From: Candidatus Micrarchaeota archaeon
Lineage (GTDB): Archaea; Micrarchaeota; Micrarchaeia; Norongarragalinales; JACRGE01
Reading direction: 5' to 3'
NCBI GenBank assembly: GCA_016212465.1
Contig: JACRGE010000034.1
Location: 1-47,134 of the forward strand
Length of the DNA stretch: 47,134 bases
Shown here: positions 36,972 through 47,134 of the stretch, in pieces
Layout of the letters: every line of letters begins with the position of its first letter
How positions within the stretch are numbered: the first letter of the stretch is position 1
Notes under the pieces: generated by a model
Told to the model about the DNA's origin: nothing
The model's input: only the letters and a program-made list of their open reading frames with translations
The model's database searches: none
Program-made: the position numbers and the translations under genes

Positions 36972-39041
36972 ACGGTTATAGTACTGATTTCGGAAAAACC
37001 CCAGGCTGCACTTAGGATAGCACTAGCTTTAGGAGATGGAAAAGCTGTTAAGAAAGTCAAGAGAAACACTCCCTACTTCGAGGTCGAGCGCGATGGCAAG
37101 AAAATTCTTGTCCTACCCGCTGCAGGGCACTTGTACGGCCTCGTGCCGACTGAGCGGGGTTACGGTTATCCTGTGTTTGGGGCGGAGTGGGTGCCAACTT
37201 ATAACGCAAGCAAAGGAGCTGCTTTCACGAAGGGCTATCTGGAAAACATTATAGAATTCTCAAAGGCTTCGGAGGAATTCATTTCCTCAACTGACTACGA
37301 CCTTGAAGGCGAAGTCATAGCGGCCAACATCATTGAGTTCGCTTGCAAGGCCAAAAAAGCAAAGAGAATGAAGTTTTCAACACTCACGACGGAAGAGCTG
37401 GTTGAAGCGTTTGAGAACGTGCTTCCTTCAATAAACACAGGAATGGTTGAAGCTGGGAGGACTCGGCATTACCTTGATTTTGCATGGGGCCTGAGCCTCA
37501 GCAGAGCTCTAATGGCTGCGATAAAGAAGGCAGGCGTGTTCAAGGTGATGAGCATAGGGAGAGTCCAAGGCCCTTCATTGGCCCTTCTCGCAGCTCGCGA
37601 GGAAGAGATTTCCGCTTTTGTTCCAAGGCCATACTGGCAACTCTTCGCCTACTGTAAAGGAGCCCAATTCGTCCATGAGAATGGACAGTTTTTTGAAAAA
37701 AGCGAAGCAGAAACCGCGTTTGGAAGGACGGAGACGGAAGGGGTTGTAAAAAAAGTTGAATGCAGGAAATTGCTTGCGCTTCCGCCGGTTCCCTACGACC
37801 TTACCTCCCTCCAGATTGATGCTTACCGGGCATTCGGTTTCTCGCCTTCCCAAACGCTTGACATCGCCCAGTCCCTATACGAAGGGGGCGTCATCTCCTA
37901 TCCAAGGACCTCTTCTCAAAAGCTTCCTGAAAAACTTAACCTAAAGAAGATTGTGTATCAGCTGAACGAATTGCCTGCCTATGCTCCGCTTGCGTCACAG
38001 CTTATTTCCCAAAATCGTTTCAAGCCACGCGAGGGACCGAAGGAAGATCCTGCTCACCCCGCCATTTTTCCGACTGGCAACAAGCCAAGCAACCTGACTG
38101 TACAGGAAGGAAAGCTCTTTGACCTCATCTCAAAGCGCTTTCTCTCAACCTTTGCTCCTCCTGCAAAGAGGGAGCGAATGAAAGTGGAACTGTTGTTGGG
38201 AAAAGAGACTTTTTTAGCAGAAGGCGCTCGCACCATTGAAGAGGGATGGATTAAATTCTTTGCGCCTTACGCGAGGTTTGATGAAACCATTTTACCGGAT
38301 TTCAAGGAGGGGGAAAGCGTTAAAGCGGAGAAAATTGAAATGGTGGAAAAGGAGACCAAGCCGCCCAAGCGGCTTACTCAAGCCTCCCTCATAAAGAAGC
38401 TGGAGGAGCTTGGACTCGGCACTAAGGCAACGCGCGCAGAAATAATTAAAACACTTTATGACCGAGGCTACGTTTCTGGAAAAAACATCCAAGTTACTCC
38501 CTTCGGTATGGCTGTATACAATTCATTGAGGCACCACTCTCCTGAAATCCTTCGGGAAGACCTAACCCGGAATTTCGAGGAAGAAATGGAGCAGATTCAA
38601 GAAGGAAAAAAGAATCCCGCAGATGTTATAGATGAAGGCAAGGCCGTGTTGACAAGGATTCTAGATGACTTCAGGAAAAAGGAATCCGCCATTGGGGCAG
38701 AGCTTTTGAAGGGCTTGAACGAGGCCCAAAGGGAGGAGATGAACAAGAGCTTGGGGAAGTGCAACCTCTGCAGAGCGGATCTCGTGATAAAGCGAAGCAA
38801 ATATGGGTTTTTCGTGGCATGCTCAGCTTATCCAAACTGCAAGAACACCTTTCCCCTTCCCCGTAATTCCTCTATATCTCCAACAGGCAAAGTATGCGAA
38901 AAGTGCGGCACCCCAATAATAATAGTGAAAAGAAAAGGAAAGAGGACTTTCCAAATGTGCCTAGCAACGAACTGCGAGACCAAAAGAGATTGGGGCAACA
39001 GTAATTATCCCAAAGAAACAAATAATGAAGAGAAAAAGTAG
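36972..39041 (+). CDS. topA: DNA topoisomerase IA
   Basis: TOPRIM start ISEKP in frame upstream of the ORF-track start; GHLY, DYDLEGE, SIGRVQ, catalytic ISYPRT, GLGTKATR, C-terminal Zn ribbons; start inferred at ACG 36972. Confidence 0.93.
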   Translation, partial: TVIVLISEKPQAALRIALALGDGKAVKKVKRNTPYFEVERDGKKILVLPAAGHLYGLVPTERGYGYPVFGAEWVPTYNASKGAAFTKGYLENIIEFSKASEEFISSTDYDLEGEVIAANIIEFACKAKKAKRMKFSTLTTEELVEAFENVLPSINTGMVEAGRTRHYLDFAWGLSLSRALMAAIKKAGVFKVMSIGRVQGPSLALLAAREEEISAFVPRPYWQLFAYCKGAQFVHENGQFFEKSEAETAFGRTETEGVVKKVECRKLLALPPVPYDLTSLQIDAYRAFGFSPSQTLDIAQSLYEGGVISYPRTSSQKLPEKLNLKKIVYQLNELPAYAPLASQLISQNRFKPREGPKEDPAHPAIFPTGNKPSNLTVQEGKLFDLISKRFLSTFAPPAKRERMKVELLLGKETFLAEGARTIEEGWIKFFAPYARFDETILPDFKEGESVKAEKIEMVEKETKPPKRLTQASLIKKLEELGLGTKATRAEIIKTLYDRGYVSGKNIQVTPFGMAVYNSLRHHSPEILREDLTRNFEEEMEQIQEGKKNPADVIDEGKAVLTRILDDFRKKESAIGAELLKGLNEAQREEMNKSLGKCNLCRADLVIKRSKYGFFVACSAYPNCKNTFPLPRNSSISPTGKVCEKCGTPIIIVKRKGKRTFQMCLATNCETKRDWGNSNYPKETNNEEKK

Positions 39042-39050
39042 AGTGGTTGG

Positions 39051-39830
39051 ATGGACGTTGAAATTTATTTGGACAAGAATGTGATGGAGAACGCAACCCT
39101 GCACTACGAGAAGGCGAAGGAGTGCAGGAAGAAAGCCGAAGGCATTCGCAGGGGAATAGAGGATTTGAAGAAAAAGATTGAAGAGGAAAAGAATGGGATT
39201 GAACGGAAAGAGATTGAGCAAAAGAAAAAAGAGGAAAAGAAAGTCAGGGTAAAGGAGGCTATGAAAAAGGAATGGTTTGAGGTATTTCACTGGTTTTTCA
39301 CAAGCGGCGGTTTCCTCGTAATCGGCGGAAGGGACGCGAAGCAGAATGAACTCGTTGTTTCAAAGCGCATGGAGAAAGAGGATTTGTTCTTTCATGCGGA
39401 CATTCAAGGGGCTTCAGCAGTTGTCATGAAAACTGGCAGAAAAATTCCTGCCGAGCAAGATAAGAGTGAAGCAGCCCAGTTTGCAGCCTGCTATTCCAAG
39501 GCATGGAACAGGGGTTTGGGCAGCGTGGACGTTTATTGCGTTGAAGGTTCGCAGGTGAGCAAGACCGCGCCTTCCGGCGAGTTCGTCCCAAAAGGAGGTT
39601 TCATGATATACGGAAAACGGGAGTGGTTCAGGAACATGGAATTGAAATTAGTTGTTGCGAAAGAAAATGAAAAACCCCTAGTTTTTCCAGCAAACCATTT
39701 AAAAAAACCAAAAGAATTCGTTGAAATAACGCCGAGCGGAGAAAGCAAGTCTTCCGTTGCGAAGAAGATACTCAAACACCTGAATTTGGGCGGGGACTCA
39801 ATAGATTTTCTTCTTTCAATTCTGCCTTAA
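39051..39830 (+). CDS. Short NFACT/Rqc2-like protein (coiled coil + NFACT-R)
   Basis: ENATLHYEKAK, WFEVFHWFFTS, GGRDAKQNE, FHADIQGA, QVSKTAPSGEFVPKGGFMIYG. Confidence 0.9.
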   Translation: MDVEIYLDKNVMENATLHYEKAKECRKKAEGIRRGIEDLKKKIEEEKNGIERKEIEQKKKEEKKVRVKEAMKKEWFEVFHWFFTSGGFLVIGGRDAKQNELVVSKRMEKEDLFFHADIQGASAVVMKTGRKIPAEQDKSEAAQFAACYSKAWNRGLGSVDVYCVEGSQVSKTAPSGEFVPKGGFMIYGKREWFRNMELKLVVAKENEKPLVFPANHLKKPKEFVEITPSGESKSSVAKKILKHLNLGGDSIDFLLSILP

Positions 39831-39839
39831 CGTGAGACC

Positions 39840-40508
39840 ATGGTTTTTGTTTTTCGGGGACCCCATACGCGGGAAACAATCCGAGAATTTCTTAAAAAAG
39901 TGGATGCACTAACGCCTCACAAGATTCTTTTAGAGCTCCCAGATGATGCAGAGGTCCGCAGCGCCCTCTACCGCGCAAGTACAAAAGGGAGGATGGAAGA
40001 AGCAGAGGAAGTGCTTGCCGGCGGAAGAGAAGTCTTCTCAAGATATGCTCCAATACTTGAATACGGATTTCATAAGGGAGGAGTACCTTGTGTTCCCATT
40101 GATTCGCCATCCCTCAGAGGGCAAATGCTTGAAACACGCATCAAAATGGCCCTTACACTCAAGAGTGAATTGGATTCAGAAAGCAAGGCAAGAAAATTGC
40201 TGGAGTTGTTGGAGGAGAGATCGAAAATAACTACGCAAAGAAACAACTACATGAGTAAACGGGTGGAGGATGAAACGGAGTTGTCTAAGATTATTCACGA
40301 AGAACCGGTTGTGGTGGCGCTGATTGGAACCGACCATGAGCTTTCTTCAAAGAAAATCCTTACCCCCCACGAGGAGCTTGCGCAGCCTCTCGCAAGAGAT
40401 TACCCAATAAACCAAGCTGAACAGATGTTGTTGAGCAGAAGGAAAAAAAGTGAGATAATTCACTTTCTGAAACGTAAAATCGAGTCCGGAGAGCTGAAAG
40501 AAGTATAA
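39840..40508 (+). CDS. Hypothetical protein, possibly TraB/ChaN/EreA-like fold
   Basis: Ordered motifs GPH, LELP, PIDS, RN.YM, IG.DH. Confidence 0.6.
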   Translation: MVFVFRGPHTRETIREFLKKVDALTPHKILLELPDDAEVRSALYRASTKGRMEEAEEVLAGGREVFSRYAPILEYGFHKGGVPCVPIDSPSLRGQMLETRIKMALTLKSELDSESKARKLLELLEERSKITTQRNNYMSKRVEDETELSKIIHEEPVVVALIGTDHELSSKKILTPHEELAQPLARDYPINQAEQMLLSRRKKSEIIHFLKRKIESGELKEV

Positions 40509-40565
40509 CCCCTGCTTTGTGCGTTAATAACGCCTAAACTAATTACGGGCTTGTCTGGAAGAAAA

Positions 40566-41117
40566 TCAACGCTTGAGGTATTCGTTTGCCTTCAGAATTA
40601 GGACGCAGCTTGAGCTGTGAGTGATTTCGCTTGCCATGACTTTGCGCAAGGCTTCTTCAAACTTCATTCTGCTAGCCTTAATGGTTTCGCTTCCTTCTTG
40701 GCGTGCCTTGGTGAAAGAGAGCTTTCGGGCAAGAAAGAGCTTTGTAGGAGAAACTACTATGGTCGTGAAGGGGTCGACTTGCCCCAAGTCCGTCCAAGTC
40801 TCTGCGGCGATTCCTAGTTCTTCCAAGAGTTCGCGTTTCGCAGCTTCAATAGGTGTTTCTTTTTCTTCTATCCCGCCACTCACCACTTCCAAGCTTTCGC
40901 GGTTCACTCCGTAGTGAAACTCTTTGGTTAAATAAACGAATCCCTCGCCATCCAAGGGAAGCACTGAAACCCCGGGCTTCACTTCAACTATTGCATGAAT
41001 TCCTGGCTTGCCATCAGGCCGAATTACCTTGTCTTCCCTCACCTTAATCCAAGGGTTCTCGTACTTTATCGCAGTTCCGAGAACGGTCCAAGGGCCGCGT
41101 TTGGTTAGCTCTGGCAT
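40566..41117 (-). CDS. NUDIX hydrolase (ADP-ribose pyrophosphatase-like)
   Basis: Nudix box GGIEEKETPIEAAKRELLEELG; NPWIKVRED. Confidence 0.92.
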   Translation of the reverse strand: MPELTKRGPWTVLGTAIKYENPWIKVREDKVIRPDGKPGIHAIVEVKPGVSVLPLDGEGFVYLTKEFHYGVNRESLEVVSGGIEEKETPIEAAKRELLEELGIAAETWTDLGQVDPFTTIVVSPTKLFLARKLSFTKARQEGSETIKASRMKFEEALRKVMASEITHSSSCVLILKANEYLKR

Positions 41118-41293
41118 GGAAGTATTTAGTGCGAGAAGCATATTTAAGATCGCGCCACTAGCCTTTCTTCAAATCCCATACGCAGGAGGCTGGTGTTTAA
41201 GACACAACCAACTTTTTCCCGAATTTATGCACAAAGCCAAAGCCCTCCCTCCCACAAAAGGCTTAAATATGTGCATTTTGCATAATATTAACC

Positions 41294-41569
41294 ATGGAAG
41301 AACGCCGCATCAAAAAGGTTTTCATTCGTTTTTCGAAGCAAATGGGCTGCAAGCCCATCGTGCTCGAGGAGATAGTGATATTAAGGAACAGAGGATTGAG
41401 CAACATTGAAATCGCCGAAGAGGCGGGCATTTCGAGAAACACCGTTGCGAATTACTTGGAAAAGATGAGGAGAATGCAGGAGGAGCAGGTTGCGGAATTG
41501 CTTTCGCTCATTGGGATGATGCACGCCAAAAGAAGGGAGATGAGCAGGCTCCTTGAGGAAATGGAATAG
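41294..41569 (+). CDS. Small HTH DNA-binding protein
   Basis: GLSNIEIAEEAGISRNTVANYL. Confidence 0.85.
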   Translation: MEERRIKKVFIRFSKQMGCKPIVLEEIVILRNRGLSNIEIAEEAGISRNTVANYLEKMRRMQEEQVAELLSLIGMMHAKRREMSRLLEEME

Positions 41570-41590
41570 ATTTATTCTTATTTCATGTAG

Positions 41591-43783
<2,193 letters not shown>

Positions 43784-43801
43784 AGATCCAGAGTGATTTG
43801 A

Positions 43802-44221
43802 ATGAATCTCCGCATACTGGTTTCATCCTTTGTTCTCTTGCTTGCAACCTCGCTGTTACTCTATGGGTTTTCCGTTGTCGGCTCCCAAACCGCGCTTGTG
43901 AAAAGCCCAATAGACAGCTTCTGGAAGCTGCTTGCGCTTGCAATTGGTTTTTCACTTGTCGCATCCTATGTCTATCCACATGCCAGGGGAGTCAAGAAAG
44001 GAGATCAGTTGATTGCACTCGTGAAAGGCGTGTCCCCAACTGGAGGAACTCCTTTTCTCAACTCGGTCATTGTAAACGCCGTTGAGAGCGGGAGACTAGG
44101 TCAGAGGATTAAAATCCGGCTTGCGGACGGCACCGAAGGAGAAGGCATAATCACGTCCTATGCTGGAACCCTTTCCCCGCCTGCAATAAGGCTTACTGAA
44201 ACCGAGATTCCAATAGAATAA
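43802..44221 (+). CDS. Two-TM membrane protein with small beta-rich C-terminal domain
   Basis: Two N-terminal TM segments; starts 18 nt after cdc48. Confidence 0.75.
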   Translation: MNLRILVSSFVLLLATSLLLYGFSVVGSQTALVKSPIDSFWKLLALAIGFSLVASYVYPHARGVKKGDQLIALVKGVSPTGGTPFLNSVIVNAVESGRLGQRIKIRLADGTEGEGIITSYAGTLSPPAIRLTETEIPIE

Positions 44222-44392
44222 TCTCTTCAAAATGGGGCTTAGTTGAGAACCTCGGCGGCTTCAAAAAACATGTTTAGAGTTAAATTCCAGTTTTGCAAAA
44301 AAATCATGAAATTATGAGGGAAATATTTTTAATAGAGCCTTCAAAACGGTTTTCTTTTTATTATGCGAAGTAGTTATGTGGGTGGACTGGTT

Positions 44393-44968
44393 ATGGATTG
44401 GGAGGAGTTTCTGCACATCACAGTTTCCGTTCTATCCATTTCTCTAGCCTTTTCCATCATCTTTCCCGAATCATTCGGCGACCCGATTCAAAAGTTTTTC
44501 GTGATCTTTCTGACAGTCGGCCTAGGATTCATACTGCACGAGCTAGCCCACAAATACGTGGCGATGCACTACGGCGCTTACGCAGTTTACAGGGCTTGGG
44601 TGTGGGGGCTGGTTTTCGCGGTTTCCCTTGCGTTCGCAACCCAGTTTTTATTCGGGAAAGGATTCGTCTTCGCTGCGCCGGGAGCGGTTTATATCTTCGG
44701 CCCCCACCTCTCTCGCAAACACAACGGTCTCATTGGCTTGGCCGGCCCCCTCATGAACCTAGTGGTTGCTATTGGATTCTCTTTGCTTGGTGCGCTTTCT
44801 TTCCTTAACCCTGCTATCGCGTCGCTGGGCTTCCAAGTGAATATGTTCCTCGGCTTCTTCAACCTCCTTCCATTCTATCCAATGGACGGAGAGAAAGTCG
44901 TACGCTGGAACCAAAACGTTTGGTTTGCTCTTTTCATCGTGTTCATGTTCTTCGTTTTCTTCATCTAG
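44393..44968 (+). CDS. Site-2 protease (M50 metalloprotease)
   Basis: HELAH, AGPLMN, NLLPFYPMDG. Confidence 0.94.
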   Translation: MDWEEFLHITVSVLSISLAFSIIFPESFGDPIQKFFVIFLTVGLGFILHELAHKYVAMHYGAYAVYRAWVWGLVFAVSLAFATQFLFGKGFVFAAPGAVYIFGPHLSRKHNGLIGLAGPLMNLVVAIGFSLLGALSFLNPAIASLGFQVNMFLGFFNLLPFYPMDGEKVVRWNQNVWFALFIVFMFFVFFI

Positions 44969-45025
44969 AAAGCCACCGAATCTGCTTTAAAAACCTTCCT
45001 CTCCCGTATTATAGCCGGTGTTTGA

Positions 45026-45241
45026 ATGAGGTGGAAATACGGTAAAAGAAATAGCGGACGCAAAGGATTTTGGTCTGATGAAACAGGCCAAGTGAGTGCA
45101 GAGCTGATTATAGTAATTGCTGCGCTCATCGCAGTAGCCTTGGTTTTGATTACTCAACTGCAGAATACTGCAAAAACAGGGAAAAAAATTCTTGCAAACG
45201 AAACGAGCAAGGCATGGGACGAGATCAGAGACATCAAATGA
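45026..45241 (+). CDS. Short pilin (class III signal peptide)
   Basis: FWSDETG|QVSAELIIVIAALIAVALV. Confidence 0.85.
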   Translation: MRWKYGKRNSGRKGFWSDETGQVSAELIIVIAALIAVALVLITQLQNTAKTGKKILANETSKAWDEIRDIK

Positions 45242-45678
45242 CCCCCCTCCACAAAGAAGGAATGCGGGCGCAGTCCAGCTTGGAGTACCTGCTTGTGCTT
45301 TCTGTTTTATTCGCTTTCCTCGCCGTATTCATTCCAGTTGTGAAGGATGCAGTTGAAGCCGCAAAGTTCGCTGCAATCCTCGAGCAAGAGAGGGCTTCCT
45401 TCCAACGCCTAATTGATTTGGGCAGCGAAGCCCACGCTCTTGGAAAAGGCAGCTTCCTTTCCGAAGAAATTCATTTTCCAGCTCAAACCAAACTAACCTT
45501 CAACCCGCGTTCAACTGATCTATCCATTTCCTTCACTGCTTTCAACAAAACCAAGATACTCTGGAAAAAAATTTCATTCAACCCACGCCCTCTGTCAAAG
45601 GAGTTGTTTGGAGATTATTTGGTCAAAGCGTTTGCTGAAGGCGAAGGCATCACTTTTGAATTCAAAAAAATGCATTAA
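45238..45678 (+). CDS. Pilin-like protein (class III signal peptide)
   Basis: MRA|QSSLEYLLVLSVLF; start either 45238 (ATGA overlap) or 45262. Confidence 0.83.
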   Translation: MTPLHKEGMRAQSSLEYLLVLSVLFAFLAVFIPVVKDAVEAAKFAAILEQERASFQRLIDLGSEAHALGKGSFLSEEIHFPAQTKLTFNPRSTDLSISFTAFNKTKILWKKISFNPRPLSKELFGDYLVKAFAEGEGITFEFKKMH

Positions 45679-46073
45679 TTCATTGAAATGCTTGCCTGCA
45701 GCACCATAAACCTTCTTCCATCATATACGATTCTCTCTGCTTTCAGCGCCTCCCGTCTTTCTTCCAATGGTTTTGCACAATTGGCTTCCAATTTTTTTCC
45801 ATTCATTTCAAGAACGAGGCAATAGTCTCCTAAGGCACTCATCATTCTGGAATATTCTTTCTTTATTTTTTCCACAACTTCTTTGTCCTCTGATGCAAAA
45901 CCAATGATTTTTTCTCTGTTTTCATCGCTTTTGACGCTGATTTCAAGAACATCCTGCACCAGTTGGTATAAGTACACTTCCTTTAGTGTTGGAGCAGGTG
46001 CAGGTGCAAGCAGCATAACGAATCCAGTGAGCGCGAGAACGCTGACCAGCGCTTCTATCGAGAGTATGGCCAT
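45675..46073 (-). CDS. Minor pilin-like protein with little or no leader
   Basis: MAILSIEALVSVLAL..; AGGTGA SD; in the pilin cluster. Confidence 0.65.
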   Translation of the reverse strand: MAILSIEALVSVLALTGFVMLLAPAPAPTLKEVYLYQLVQDVLEISVKSDENREKIIGFASEDKEVVEKIKKEYSRMMSALGDYCLVLEMNGKKLEANCAKPLEERREALKAERIVYDGRRFMVLQASISMN

Positions 46074-46077
46074 GCCG

Positions 46078-46473
46078 TCACCTAATGCAAACCTCCAGAA
46101 TCTTTGTTTCCTCTCCTTGAAGAACAAGCCTTTTCACGCATATCTTGCTCTTCGCCCCTATTTCTTCAAGTCCATCGATCGATATGATTCTGAACGAAAT
46201 CGTTTTGTTTCCTTGTTTCCACTCTCTTGGTATTTCATTCAGTTTCCGCTCGTCCAAAACATGGGATATAATAAAGGCGCCTTTCTCTTCCGCCAACCCT
46301 TCTTTGACCAAAAAATCGGCAGCCGCAAACACCTTTTTTTCATCCTCGTGTAATCTGGCTGCCGCAGCAAACGTCCCTATTTCCACTTTGAAAAAAGTCA
46401 TTCCCAGAATGAAAATAACTATTGCCACCAAGACTGCAACCGACAAGTCAAAACCCGTTAATCCTTTCCGCAT
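46078..46473 (-). CDS. Minor pilin-like protein (class III signal peptide)
   Basis: MRKG|LTGFDLSVAVLVAIV. Confidence 0.78.
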   Translation of the reverse strand: MRKGLTGFDLSVAVLVAIVIFILGMTFFKVEIGTFAAAARLHEDEKKVFAAADFLVKEGLAEEKGAFIISHVLDERKLNEIPREWKQGNKTISFRIISIDGLEEIGAKSKICVKRLVLQGEETKILEVCIR

Positions 46474-46484
46474 TTTTTCACCAA

Positions 46485-46823
46485 CTATGCAGGCTCTTTT
46501 TCACTCTGTCTGATCCTAAGCCCTTTTTCCACGCTGATGTTGATACTGCAGTATTCTGCAGCATTTCCGTTGGTGAAAGACAACTTGCTCTTATTCACCA
46601 CCAGTTCTCGCTCTAACCCAAGGTCATAAAAAAAGTTTCTGCCATTCAACGAAAACGTGCTTGCGAGGCTGCAGATATTCCTCAGCTTCGTTTTTTCCAA
46701 AAAAAGGTTGCTGGCGGTTTCGGTTTCTCTCAACAATTGTTTTTCAAAAACAGCGAAAGCGACGATGAACATCACATAAGCAGCTAGGTAAACTAGGATT
46801 TCAATCGAGGCTTGGCCCTTCAT
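46485..46823 (-). CDS. Pilin-like protein (class III signal peptide)
   Basis: MKG|QASIEILVYLAAYV. Confidence 0.85.
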   Translation of the reverse strand: MKGQASIEILVYLAAYVMFIVAFAVFEKQLLRETETASNLFLEKTKLRNICSLASTFSLNGRNFFYDLGLERELVVNKSKLSFTNGNAAEYCSINISVEKGLRIRQSEKEPA

Positions 46824-47092
46824 TCAAATCCCTCAGGAACCAAAATCAAGTAGGCAACTTTCTCCTTTTCGGAGTATACACTAGCTCCAAACCCGAACCA
46901 CGTTCCAGCAACATGAAAGTTGGGAATGAATGCCAAGCCATTTCTTGAAACTCTGATTTTCCCGTGCGCATAATCCAGGAATGCCGTGCTTTTGAACGAA
47001 ACCCCTTTCCGCCAGTCAACTGTTTTCTCAAAGAAGTCAAAGCAGTTTCTGCACTTTACGGGTTTTCTTTCAACGACCATCGTCGACCTCAT
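46820..47092 (-). CDS. Hypothetical protein (start uncertain near the window edge)
   Basis: ATGA overlap with the downstream pilin gene; CRNC. Confidence 0.55.
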   Translation of the reverse strand: MRSTMVVERKPVKCRNCFDFFEKTVDWRKGVSFKSTAFLDYAHGKIRVSRNGLAFIPNFHVAGTWFGFGASVYSEKEKVAYLILVPEGFE

Positions 47093-47134
47093 TTCCTCAA
47101 ACTCTTTTTCATCAGCTGTTCCGAACCATGCTTC

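Noticed and set aside
37036-37254. Frameshift or pseudogene explanation for the short topA ORF
   Set aside because: The TOPRIM N-terminus is continuous in the main frame; only a canonical start is missing

Overview
Archaeal chromosomal segment. GatDE, Elp3, pelota, ABCE1, RFC-S, CDC48, BRE/TATA promoters and GGTG(A)-type SD sites show this, and the gene content suggests a DPANN/Micrarchaeota-like lineage (inference). It contains translation and tRNA-modification genes, a ~13 kb minus-strand Epd/EppA-type type IV pilus locus (ATPase, two TadC/GspF platforms, prepilin peptidase, 10 pilin-like genes) and a second cluster of 5 pilin-like genes at the right end. It also holds a five-gene glycogen operon, an RFC small subunit with a 445-aa LAGLIDADG intein, topoisomerase IA, a short NFACT protein, NUDIX, CDC48 and a site-2 protease. 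Top observations: (1) a pilin ending in two tandem repeats with exact beta-defensin cysteine spacing; (2) a structured non-coding motif with an identical 16-nt core and different-sequence closing stems, present twice (~2.05 kb and ~23.07 kb), each time next to an amino-acid-sensing regulator; (3) topA apparently starting at ACG; (4) a 33-aa pilin missing from the ORF track. No tRNA, rRNA, CRISPR array or transposase was recognised. All calls rest on reading motifs by eye; no database search was run.
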